A DNA stretch of 47,942 bases from Actinomycetes bacterium (GTDB taxonomy: Bacteria; Actinomycetota; Actinomycetes; JAJZTN01). The notes under the pieces were generated by a model. That model did not search any database, was not told the DNA's origin, and saw nothing but the letters and a program-made list of their open reading frames with translations. Every line of letters begins with the position of its first letter. The stretch's first letter is position 1. A program made the translations under genes and the position numbers. The stretch is taken from positions 1 through 47,942 of the forward strand of contig JAJZTN010000002.1 of the NCBI GenBank assembly GCA_021848885.1, written 5' to 3'. Positions 38,651 to 46,415 of the stretch are shown piece by piece.

Positions 38651-38680
38651 GTCATCTCATGTCATGCTGACATGAGATGA
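38651..38680. promoter_or_regulatory. A/T-rich near-perfect palindrome (terminator or operator)
   Basis: TCATCTCATGTCA-TGC-TGACATGAGATGA has 13-bp perfect arms. It lies about 30 nt downstream of the nitronate monooxygenase stop and about 250 nt upstream of the membrane-protein start. Confidence 0.55.
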
Positions 38681-38711
38681 GATGACGCGCGGGAGCACCC
38701 GGGCCCTGGGT

Positions 38712-40139
38712 TCAGACGGTGGCTGCCCCGGTGAGCCAGGACACGACCTGCCCGGCCGACCACCCCTGCGGATGCAGCGCCTGAAGCTGGGTCACCCCGG
38801 CCAGGTCCGCCCCCAGGGTGACCAGAGCAGGCTCCAGCCAGCCGTCGGCGCGGCGCTGAGCCAGCCCCACCGTGGCGGTCAGTGCGTTGCACAGGCAGAC
38901 CCGGCCCTCGGTGTCCTCCACTCGTCCACCCTTGCGCAGGTAGGTGTGCACCGGCTCGGCTGGGCAGCGGTAGCCGAGCGCTCCGTTCTCGGCGACGTAC
39001 GCTGTGCGCAGGTAGCCGAGATCGCACAACCTGGGTCGAGCCTCGCGCAACCCCGGGTCCGCCAGGGTGCCCGGAAGCTGAGCGACCTTGAACGGAAAGC
39101 CGGTGGGAGAGGCCAGCGGATCCGTGCGGACAGCAATGGAGCCCTCCAGCAGCTGGTCGAGAAGCTGCGCGCGAAGCTCCTCGACGAGTCCGGACTCGTG
39201 ACTGAGAGCGAACGCCGTGCCCACCTGGACCCCAGCTGCCCCCTGGGCACGCGCCATCGCGAGGGCCTCCGGGGTGCCGAAGCCACCGGCCATCCAGAAG
39301 GGCAGCCCCAGCGCGGCGATCCCCAGTGGATCAGCCTCGTCCCGGGGCCCGAAGACCGGCTGTCCGTCGGCGTCCAGCCGGCGTGGCCCTCGGGGTGGGG
39401 CATTGTGGCCGCCCGCCCGGGGACCCTCGATGACGAACCCGTCCGGGCGGGTCCGCTCGTCGCGGGCCAGGTAGCCGGCCAGCACGTTGGCCGAGACGAT
39501 CGCGAGGAAGCGCGGACGGGTCAGTGGCAGGCGGCCGCCGAGCAGGGCACCCGGGTCCAGCGTGACCGCATGCTCGGCATCGCCTGCACCGGCGACATCC
39601 ACCTGGTAGGAGACCGGCTGCCCGCCAGCCAGCCCGTCGAGCAGGCCGGGCAGCTGCCTCGGCAGCCCCGCACCGACCAGAACGTAGTCCACGCCAGCGA
39701 GCATGGCTCCCAACGCAGTGGCCGGAATGGCCATCTGGACCTTCTCGAGCAGGTTGATGCCCACCAGCCCGCCATGACCCTCACGGGCCAGCCACACCTC
39801 GACGAATGCGCCGAGCACGAGCAGCTGCTGGGTCGCCGCGCTCTGCCGAAGACCCAGCCTGGGGCCCGGCCGGTAGGGCGTGCCACCGCGCCCACCGACG
39901 CGCAGGTACCGGCGGAGCATTCCCTCGGCCAGCTCCGGCACCGGGAAAGCGGCCATCGCACGGCGGGCGTGGCCGTCCGGGTCCCCGTCCTGCAGTCGGC
40001 GCACCAGCACGGTGTCCAGCGCGGTTCCCGAGACGACGCCGAGGTTGCCGGTCCGGGCGACCGCGGCCGCCAGCGGCCACGACGAGACCGCCACCCCCAT
40101 GCCACCTTGGATCACCAGGGGCAGGTCACGCTCGGTCAT
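38712..40139 (-). CDS. Nitronate monooxygenase / NAD(P)H-dependent flavin oxidoreductase family protein
   Basis: N-terminus ...PLVIQGGMGVAVSSWPLAAAVARTGNLGVVSG... and a TIM-barrel-like body. ATG 40139 after GAAGGG. The frame stays open to GTG 40250, an alternative start. Confidence 0.85.
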   Translation of the reverse strand: MTERDLPLVIQGGMGVAVSSWPLAAAVARTGNLGVVSGTALDTVLVRRLQDGDPDGHARRAMAAFPVPELAEGMLRRYLRVGGRGGTPYRPGPRLGLRQSAATQQLLVLGAFVEVWLAREGHGGLVGINLLEKVQMAIPATALGAMLAGVDYVLVGAGLPRQLPGLLDGLAGGQPVSYQVDVAGAGDAEHAVTLDPGALLGGRLPLTRPRFLAIVSANVLAGYLARDERTRPDGFVIEGPRAGGHNAPPRGPRRLDADGQPVFGPRDEADPLGIAALGLPFWMAGGFGTPEALAMARAQGAAGVQVGTAFALSHESGLVEELRAQLLDQLLEGSIAVRTDPLASPTGFPFKVAQLPGTLADPGLREARPRLCDLGYLRTAYVAENGALGYRCPAEPVHTYLRKGGRVEDTEGRVCLCNALTATVGLAQRRADGWLEPALVTLGADLAGVTQLQALHPQGWSAGQVVSWLTGAATV

Positions 40140-40142
40140 GCT

Positions 40143-40187
40143 GGGCCCTTCAGTTACGGCTCCGTAAGTTACGGTACCGTAGGTTAC
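40143..40187. repeat. Three tandem 15-bp repeats carrying alternating TTACGG / CCGTAA half-sites
   Basis: Minus-strand units are GTAACCTACGGTACC (40187-40173), GTAACTTACGGAGCC (40172-40158) and GTAACTGAAGGGCCC (40157-40143). They are flanked by CTGGGC (40141-40146) and GCCCAG (40190-40195). Confidence 0.85.
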
Positions 40188-40265
40188 CTGCCCAGGTCGA
40201 TGCAACTCGGGGACCTTCGTCCCGGGGGTCCTGACGAGCGTCTCGATCACCTGCTCGAGGTTTCA

Positions 40266-40484
40266 GGCTCGCCCCCCGACCTGGTCCCGGTGGACTCCGA
40301 GAGCCAGCGGAACGAGGGCGACGAGCAGGACGACCTGCAGGAACGGGATGTTGATCAGGAGCCACTGCCTGATGTGCTGCGGGTGGCGCGCCCGTGCGCG
40401 GTGGAACGGCTCCTCGTATGCGGATGCGCCCGACCGGCCAACTCGCTTGCCGCGGACGCTGTCAGGGTCGCGAACCCGACCTAT
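40266..40484 (-). pseudogene. 5'-truncated fragment of a membrane-protein gene
   Basis: 73-codon open frame between stops, with very high G/C third positions (...RQWLLINIPFLQVVLLVALVPLALGVHRDQVGGRA). It has no in-frame ATG/GTG/TTG. Its upstream end abuts the A/T-rich hipB promoter region. Confidence 0.35.
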
Positions 40485-40640
40485 TCACCTCGCGCCTGTC
40501 CGAACACTCCGCCATGAGAACACTTGTGTGAATATTTGCACACCTGTACGTAAGAAGCTACTGTGTGGATAAGCGCACAGCGGATCGTTGCATCTACGTT
40601 GATGTTGTTCCCACAGGCCACGTTCGGTTTCGGAGGTCCC

Positions 40641-40925
40641 GTGAGGCAGATCCAGGTTCGGCGACCCGAGGACTTGGGCCTTGCCGTGTCCGAAGCACGC
40701 CGAGCGGCCGGTCTCACGCAGGCCCAACTGAGCGAGGACGTCGGTGTCGAGCGCACCTATCTGGCCAAACTCGAGTCAGGGGTCAGCACGCTGCTCCTGG
40801 TCCGCGTGCTTCGGCTGCTCCGACGCCTCGGCGCGCGTCTCATCGTGGAAGTTCCCGATGTCGACAGTGACTCGGCTGCCCAGGCCGACGGGCACCGAAG
40901 TGCCACCCCGGGCGGAGAAGGCTGA
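40641..40925 (+). CDS. hipB: HipB-like XRE-family HTH antitoxin
   Basis: HTH ...RRAAGLTQAQLSEDVGVERTYLAKLESG... GTG 40641 after GGAGG. Stop overlaps the hipA ATG (ATGA). Confidence 0.8.
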   Translation: MRQIQVRRPEDLGLAVSEARRAAGLTQAQLSEDVGVERTYLAKLESGVSTLLLVRVLRLLRRLGARLIVEVPDVDSDSAAQADGHRSATPGGEG

Positions 40926-42169
40926 TGGCTCGGGTCCGGCAACTTTCGGTATGGCTGCACGGGGATGAGGTCGCGGTCCTGCGTCGTACAGGGGCAGGCG
41001 GTGTCTCCTGCCAGTACGCGCAGACCACCGTCGACACCTTCCCGTTGGGGGCACCCTTGCTGTCGTGTTCGCTTCCGGTGCGCGGAGGAAGGCAGAACGC
41101 ATGGGCCTTCGTGACCGGCCTGCTCCCTGAAGGGCAGCACCGTCTGTCGATGTCCCGAGTTGCCGGCGTGGAGACGCTCGACGCGCTGGGCATGCTCTCG
41201 CGCTTCGGCCGCGACGTCGCCGGGGCCCTCATCATCGCACCGGCGGCTGCCACCGCGCCTGGCCCCCACGGCGGCGTCACGCCCGGACTCGTCGAGCTCA
41301 GCGCCGACGACCTTGTCGCCGAGGTTGCCGCTCTGCCGGTCCGCAGTCTTGCCCTTCACGATGACTCGGAGCTGTCACTGGCCGGGCTAGAGGACAAGAT
41401 CCTTCTGGTGCGCACCGCGAGCGGCTGGGCGCGCCCGGTGCACGGTTACCCGTCCACGCACATTCTCAAGGTCGACAACCGGGTGCACCGCGGCACGGTG
41501 GTGGCCGAACACGACTGTTTGCAACTGGCGCGGCGTGCGGGCCTCGCCGCACCGGATTGCCACCTCATGAGGATCGGTGACGCCGACTGCATCGTCGTCG
41601 AACGCTACGACCGCGTGGCCGTCGACGGCATCACGCGGCGAATCCACCAGGAGGACAGTTGCCAGGCGCTCGCGATCGACCCGGCCGACCACGACGGGCG
41701 CGGCAAGTACGAGTCCCACGGTGGACCGACGCTGGCTGGCATCGCGGGACTACTCAACGCATACTCCGTCGAACCGGCGACTGAGCTGACTCGGCTGCTG
41801 GAACGCGTCACGTTCACCGTGGTCATCGACGATGCTGACGCCCACGGCAAGAACATCTCCCTTCTGCATCCCAACGCCGAGCACATCACGCTTGCGCCGC
41901 TGTACGACACCGTCCCGACAGCCCTTTGGCCCACGGTGTCAGGGAAGGCGGCCATGCGTGTCAACGGTCGCAGCCGCCTCGCCGAGATCACACCCGAGGA
42001 CTTGACCGACGAAGCACGGCGGTGGGGACTGAACACCCGGCTGGCGCGGCAGACGATCACCGACACCTGCGAACGGCTGCGCGTCGCATCGGCTGACATG
42101 CCGGAGCGACCAGGAGTGGATCTCCCGTCGCTGGTCGTCGCGAACCTGAGCCGACTCGCTCGGCGTTGA
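40925..42169 (+). CDS. hipA: HipA-family serine/threonine kinase toxin
   Basis: HipA N-terminal coupling domain, SLAGLEDKILL (autophosphorylation-loop context), and catalytic DAHGKNISLL and LAPLYDTVPT motifs. Confidence 0.92.
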   Translation: MARVRQLSVWLHGDEVAVLRRTGAGGVSCQYAQTTVDTFPLGAPLLSCSLPVRGGRQNAWAFVTGLLPEGQHRLSMSRVAGVETLDALGMLSRFGRDVAGALIIAPAAATAPGPHGGVTPGLVELSADDLVAEVAALPVRSLALHDDSELSLAGLEDKILLVRTASGWARPVHGYPSTHILKVDNRVHRGTVVAEHDCLQLARRAGLAAPDCHLMRIGDADCIVVERYDRVAVDGITRRIHQEDSCQALAIDPADHDGRGKYESHGGPTLAGIAGLLNAYSVEPATELTRLLERVTFTVVIDDADAHGKNISLLHPNAEHITLAPLYDTVPTALWPTVSGKAAMRVNGRSRLAEITPEDLTDEARRWGLNTRLARQTITDTCERLRVASADMPERPGVDLPSLVVANLSRLARR

Positions 42170-42519
42170 GCCAGAGCTGAGGGAAGCTCTTGGCGTACTG
42201 GCTGGCGAGCATCGTCGAGACGCTGCAGCAGACGGTGCACCGAGGGCGTCAGGTGGCGCGGAACCTGCCCGGCTGTCGCTAGGGCGAGCCCGCCCAGGTG
42301 AAGCAGATGCTCTCGTTCAGGCGAGGAGAGGCGCAGCGCGCGAGCGAGCGCGTCGAGGACTTGCCCGGACGGGTTCTTCACCCGACCTTGCTCAAGGCGG
42401 ACGACATACTCGACCGACACGCCGGCGAGCCCGGCGACCTCGTCCCGCAGCAGTCCCGGCGTGCGCCGGGGCCCACGGTGCGGGACTGGGCTCCCGCCTG
42501 AAGGGATGCGAGAATCCAC
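42170..42519 (-). pseudogene. Remnant of an XRE/MmyB-like HTH regulator, apparently truncated at both ends
   Basis: ...PGLLRDEVAGLAGVSVEYVVRLEQGRVKNPSGQVLDALARALRLSSPEREHLLHL... is the MmyB-type N-terminal HTH. After ...SVHRLLQRLDD the frame becomes S/R-rich antisense of hipA. The only start (GTG 42519) lies 3 nt from the divergent SDR ATG, and the first HTH helix is missing. Confidence 0.5.
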
Positions 42520-42522
42520 CAG

Positions 42523-43218
42523 ATGACGACCACATTGATCACCGGCAGCAACAAGGGGTTGGGCTACGAGACAGCCCGTCGTCTGGTCGCGGCTGGCCAT
42601 CGGGTGTACCTCGGAGCTCGCGACCGGCAGCGTGGCGCCGTCGCGGCGAAGCAGCTGCGTTGCCAGTTCATCCAGCTTGATGTCCTCGACGACACCTCCG
42701 TCCGCACCGCAGCCGCCGCCCTCGAACAGCAGGTTGGCGTGCTGGACGTCCTGGTCAACAATGCCGGCATCGCCGGTGGCTTCGTTCCGGCGGCCGACAC
42801 CACGGCCGAGGAGGTGCACCGGGTCTACGCAACCAATGTCTTCGGGGTTGTCCGTGTGACTCAGGCGTTTCTGCCTCTGCTGCTGCGCTCATCCGATGGG
42901 ATCGTGGTCAACGTGAGTAGTGGCATGGGCTCCCTGTCCGTCACCACCGACCCGACACGGTTCGAATCCTCGCTGAAAGGGCTCGCCTACCCATCCTCGA
43001 AGGCTGCGCTGAACATGCTCACCAGCCAGTACGCCAAGAGCTTCCCTCAGCTTCGGATCAACGCCGTGGACCCCGGCTACACCGCGACCGACCTCAACAA
43101 CCATCGCGGAACCCAGACCGTCCACGAAGGGGCAGAGGTCATCGTCGAGATGGCCACCATCGGCCCCGACGGGCCCACCGGGGGCTTCTTCGACCGGAAC
43201 GGCATCGTGCCCTGGTAG
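42523..43218 (+). CDS. SDR-family oxidoreductase
   Basis: TGSNKGLG cofactor motif, NNAG, and the catalytic S...YxxxK context (YPSSKAAL). Confidence 0.9.
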   Translation: MTTTLITGSNKGLGYETARRLVAAGHRVYLGARDRQRGAVAAKQLRCQFIQLDVLDDTSVRTAAAALEQQVGVLDVLVNNAGIAGGFVPAADTTAEEVHRVYATNVFGVVRVTQAFLPLLLRSSDGIVVNVSSGMGSLSVTTDPTRFESSLKGLAYPSSKAALNMLTSQYAKSFPQLRINAVDPGYTATDLNNHRGTQTVHEGAEVIVEMATIGPDGPTGGFFDRNGIVPW

Positions 43219-43404
43219 GTCACCGTCCGCACTCCCTACGCCGTTACCTGCTGCGGCGAAGGCCGCTCGTCTTGAGCGCTCTCGCGCAGGCCGAGGTCAC
43301 CCGAGCACAGCTGCCGCCCGCATCATCACCTACGACGAGCCTCGGCCCTCGGCGCCCTACGACCAGGCGAAGCCTCCTTCGGCAGCGCCGAGCTGATGCG
43401 AGGG

Positions 43405-44019
43405 CTAGCCGCTCGCCGGAAGGCGGGTACCGCCGTACGTTGCGACGAGTGCGTCGGCGACGGTGGCCGCGTCGGCATCGGCGACCTCCGCGGGGTACTC
43501 CGGCAGCAGATCGTCCCAGACGACCATCCACGACCCGTAGAGCTGGGACTGACCCTGCGGCCTGGCGAAGAACCAGACGTGCAGGTGGGCTCCCCCGTCA
43601 CCGAGCCGGTAGACGTGTGCCCGGGCGATGTGTGGCAGGGACTCGATGTGCCTGGCGATGTGCGTGGTCAGGACACCGAGCTCAGCGGCCATGCCGTCGG
43701 GGAGGTCGGTCAGGTCGAAGTGGTCCCGGGGGCGGAGCATGAGCACCAGCGGCACCCCGGCACCGGGCATCCGGCCGAGCCGCCACCGGTCGTCGAGCCA
43801 GAGGCCCTCGTCCCGCTGAGCGCAGGCCCGGCAGTCTGAGGGGTCCTCTCCGTCCCGCGGCGGCTCGGGCAGCACCGGCGGGCGCAACGGCGCCACCCGC
43901 AGACCGTCGGGCTCGAACGGGCTGATGTCCCATCCGGTCATCCGGGAGAGCGGGAGACGTCGTTGCTCGTCGGCGGCCGCCACCGCGTGGTCATAGAACT
44001 CACCGGGTGAGAGGGGCAC
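43405..44019 (-). CDS. HIT-like superfamily protein
   Basis: CRAC...RPRDHFDLTDL...GDGGAHLHVWFFARP resembles the histidine-triad-like core. GTG start 44019. Exact family not resolved. Confidence 0.55.
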   Translation of the reverse strand: MPLSPGEFYDHAVAAADEQRRLPLSRMTGWDISPFEPDGLRVAPLRPPVLPEPPRDGEDPSDCRACAQRDEGLWLDDRWRLGRMPGAGVPLVLMLRPRDHFDLTDLPDGMAAELGVLTTHIARHIESLPHIARAHVYRLGDGGAHLHVWFFARPQGQSQLYGSWMVVWDDLLPEYPAEVADADAATVADALVATYGGTRLPASG

Positions 44020-44188
44020 GTCTGAAGCCTAGCCACGACGGCAGGGCAGCAGCCGGGCCGGAGACCCCTCCCGCCCTGCCTCTGGGCAACCTGCCACGCC
44101 ACGTCACCCGCGATACCACCGTTGAGGTCCTCAGATTCGTTGCGGTCAGCGCGGCTCGACGCGGGCCCGGGGGACTGCTATTCGGACC

Positions 44189-44333
44189 ATGGCGACCTTG
44201 TCTGTCAGTGAGGCCAAGGCCCGCCTGAACGAGTTGGCGCGGGTGGCGCATGCCCAGCACGAGCGGTGAGCCCGGCACCGACATCGACAGCGTCCGTGAG
44301 GACCTGCGCCGAGGCCCATCGGCGGCCGGTTGA
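44189..44333 (+). pseudogene. Decayed Phd/YefM-type antitoxin gene
   Basis: ATG 44189 gives MATLSVSEAKARLNELARVAHAQHER, then TGA 44267-44269. An antitoxin-like C-terminus (DIDSVREDLRRG...) continues in the +1 frame to TGA 44331-44333. This implies an internal deletion and frameshift. Confidence 0.55.
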
Positions 44334-44350
44334 CCGCGCCGCGCCACCGA

Positions 44351-44530
44351 GTGACATTCCGCGGTCCGGCTCGTCGCGCGCTAGCCGAGCGCCTATCTGA
44401 GGCCGTGGCCGCGGCGGCACTGGCACTCCCGCTCGATGGCGGGCCTGACTGGGTCCCCCGCGCGCCATAGCGACGGCGTATTCTCGGTCTCCTGGACCGC
44501 ACCCTCCGGACCTACCCCGGCGCTATTCGG
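44351..44530 (+). pseudogene. Decayed RelE/ParE-type toxin gene
   Basis: GTG 44351 gives VTFRGPARRALAERLSEAVAAAALALPLDGGPDW..., a typical ParE/RelE N-terminal half, ending at TAG 44468-44470. The expected C-terminal ...YRxxY...HR motifs are only faintly visible in other frames. Confidence 0.45.
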
Positions 44531-44532
44531 CG

Positions 44533-44574
44533 TTGACATCAGGTCTGGACTGGTACCATAATTTCGTACCAGTC
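44533..44574 (+). promoter_or_regulatory. yefM-yoeB promoter with overlapping palindromic operator
   Basis: TTGACA (44533-44538), 18 nt, then CATAAT (44557-44562). A 9-bp inverted repeat GACTGGTAC (44548-44556) / GTACCAGTC (44566-44574) brackets the -10 element. Confidence 0.6.
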
Positions 44575-44588
44575 ATCGGAGGGCGCAC

Positions 44589-44834
44589 ATGGTGATCACC
44601 GCGAGCGAGGCCAGGAAGAACCTGTTCCCGCTCATCGAGCAGGTGAATGAAGACCGGACCGCGGTCGAGATCACCTCGCGGCGCGGCGACGCCGTTCTGC
44701 TCTCCCGCGAGGAGTACGACGCCCTGCAAGAGACGGCGCACCTACTGCGTGGCCCAAAGAACGCCCGCCGGCTCCTCGAAAGCCTTGATCAGGCTCTGGC
44801 CGGCAAGCGCGAGGAGCACGAGCTACAGCGGTGA
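44589..44834 (+). CDS. yefM: YefM/Phd-family antitoxin
   Basis: MVITASEARKNLFPLIEQVNEDRTAVEITSRRGDAVLLSREEYDALQETAHLL... is canonical YefM. Confidence 0.92.
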   Translation: MVITASEARKNLFPLIEQVNEDRTAVEITSRRGDAVLLSREEYDALQETAHLLRGPKNARRLLESLDQALAGKREEHELQR

Positions 44835-45085
44835 GGCTCGTCTTCACGCCAAATGGCTGGGAGGACTATCAGCACTGGGCGCAGACGGATCGAGCAACCC
44901 TCAAGCGGATCAACCGACTGATCGACGACACCCTTCGCGACCCGTTCACCGGCATCGGCAAGCCGGAGCAGCTCCGCCACGTCCTGTCCGGAGCGTGGTC
45001 GCGCCGGATCACCGAGGAACACCGGCTCGTGTACCTGGTAGACGGCGACGATCTCGTGATCCTCCAAGCTCGCTACCACTACTGA
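44831..45085 (+). CDS. yoeB: YoeB/Txe-family ribosome-dependent mRNA interferase toxin
   Basis: ...FTPNGWEDYQHW...LIDDTLRDPFTGIGKPEQLRH...WSRRITEEHRLVY...ILQARYHY is canonical YoeB. GTG overlaps the yefM stop (GTGA). Confidence 0.93.
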   Translation: MRLVFTPNGWEDYQHWAQTDRATLKRINRLIDDTLRDPFTGIGKPEQLRHVLSGAWSRRITEEHRLVYLVDGDDLVILQARYHY

Positions 45086-45124
45086 TGGGCCGACCACCGG
45101 CATATCTCGGGCACCACTTCAAGA

Positions 45125-45490
45125 TCACCGGCATAACCCATCCTCGGACGCGCGGTAGTAGCGCACCACTTTCGGGCGCCGCACTGTGCGGACGAGCGTC
45201 TTACCTCGGCTCCACTCCGTGAACTCGTTGCCGAAGTGCTCAGGGCGCTCCTCGTGGGCAGACGGTGAGAATCCGTTTCGGGCAAGCCAGGTGCTGATCT
45301 GAGCGATTTCACCGTCGCTGACCTGTCCCACAGGGTGCACGGTAGTAGTCGGCTCGTGCACGGTTCCTCGGCGGGTCGGGGGCGACCCCGAACGGCGGCT
45401 ATCCACAGTTTCGCTGATCTTCGGCACCGCCTGTTTCACGATCGCGTCCTCTGGGAGGTCGGCTCCCACGAACGGAATGGGACGTGTCAT
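45125..45490 (-). CDS. Hypothetical protein (orphan, basic C-terminus)
   Basis: 121-aa ORF. By hand count roughly three quarters of codons end in G/C, although the local DNA is A/T-richer. No family recognised. Its ATG overlaps the integrase ATG in the palindrome CATG. Confidence 0.5.
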   Translation of the reverse strand: MTRPIPFVGADLPEDAIVKQAVPKISETVDSRRSGSPPTRRGTVHEPTTTVHPVGQVSDGEIAQISTWLARNGFSPSAHEERPEHFGNEFTEWSRGKTLVRTVRRPKVVRYYRASEDGLCR

Positions 45491-46400
45491 GGCATCGACG
45501 ATGACGGCGGAGCTGGTACCAGCGTGGGTGGATGTCCGGCGGTTGGCGGTCGCTGGGTTCCTGGCCCGCTACCGGGAACCGACGCTGAGCGCCTACCGGC
45601 TGGACATGCGGGTCTTCCTAGCCTGGTGCGACGAAGTCGGTCTGGAGCCACTCAAGGCGGCCCGGCCGCACCTGGATCTGTACCTGCGCCACCTGGAAGC
45701 CCAAGGCCACGCGGTGGCCACCATCGCCAGGCGCTTCGGCACCGTGGCCAGCCTCTACCGGTATGCGGTCATCGACGGGCACCTGCCGACCAACCCGGCC
45801 GACGCGGTCACCCGACCGAAGGTGCCCTGGGAGGGCCAGCGGCGCACCGTGTTGCACCCCCTGGAGTTCGCCGCCGTACTCTCCGCCGCCCGCAGCGCGG
45901 GTCCGGTCGAGCACGCTCTGGTCGCGTTGCTCGGCATGCTCGGCCTGCGCGTCTCGGAGGCCTGCGCCGCCGACATTTCCGACATCCGGTATGAGGCCGG
46001 CTACGAGATCCTGCACATGCTCGGGAAAGGCGCCAAGCCGGCCGACATCCCGCTACCGATCCCGGTGCTGCGCGCCGTACACGCCGCGGTCGCCGGTCGA
46101 AGCCACGGACCGATCCTCACCAGCCGGTCTGGGCGGCGGATGGACCGCGCCGCCGCCACCCGCTCGCTGCAGCGGGTCGCGAAAGCGGCCGGGGTGCACC
46201 GGCCGATCAGCCCCCACGGGTTGCGCCGCACCTTCTGCACCACCGGCTTGGTCGCCGGCGTCGCGCTCCGCGACATGCAATACGCAATGCGCCACGCCGA
46301 CCCCCTCACCACACTGCGCTACGACACGGCCAAGGCCAACCTCGACCGCCACGCCAGCCACACCGTCGCCGCGTACCTGGCCGGGATGAGCGCCGGCTGA
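45489..46400 (+). CDS. Tyrosine-type site-specific recombinase/integrase
   Basis: N-terminal SAM-like core-binding domain (...TLSAYRLDMRVFLAWC...). Catalytic residues in context: LGLRVSEA (R), HGLRRTF (HxxR), H...LRYD (Y). Alternative ATG at 45477. Confidence 0.9.
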   Translation: MASTMTAELVPAWVDVRRLAVAGFLARYREPTLSAYRLDMRVFLAWCDEVGLEPLKAARPHLDLYLRHLEAQGHAVATIARRFGTVASLYRYAVIDGHLPTNPADAVTRPKVPWEGQRRTVLHPLEFAAVLSAARSAGPVEHALVALLGMLGLRVSEACAADISDIRYEAGYEILHMLGKGAKPADIPLPIPVLRAVHAAVAGRSHGPILTSRSGRRMDRAAATRSLQRVAKAAGVHRPISPHGLRRTFCTTGLVAGVALRDMQYAMRHADPLTTLRYDTAKANLDRHASHTVAAYLAGMSAG

Positions 46401-46415
46401 CCCGCGCAGACCGAC

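Noticed and set aside
40289-40306. Weak resemblance of cggtggactccgagagcc to the tRNA-Met 3' segment (gggtgggactcgaaccc) as a possible distal att site
   Set aside because: Only a short gapped match, well within chance for this composition. It lies inside a coding-biased fragment.
41605-42169. Continuation of the HTH regulator ORF to 304 aa (the size of a full MmyB-like regulator)
   Set aside because: Beyond about 42215 the translation is S/R-rich with no MmyB-domain features. It is fully antisense to the C-terminal half of hipA, which carries its catalytic motifs. The matching length is therefore coincidental.
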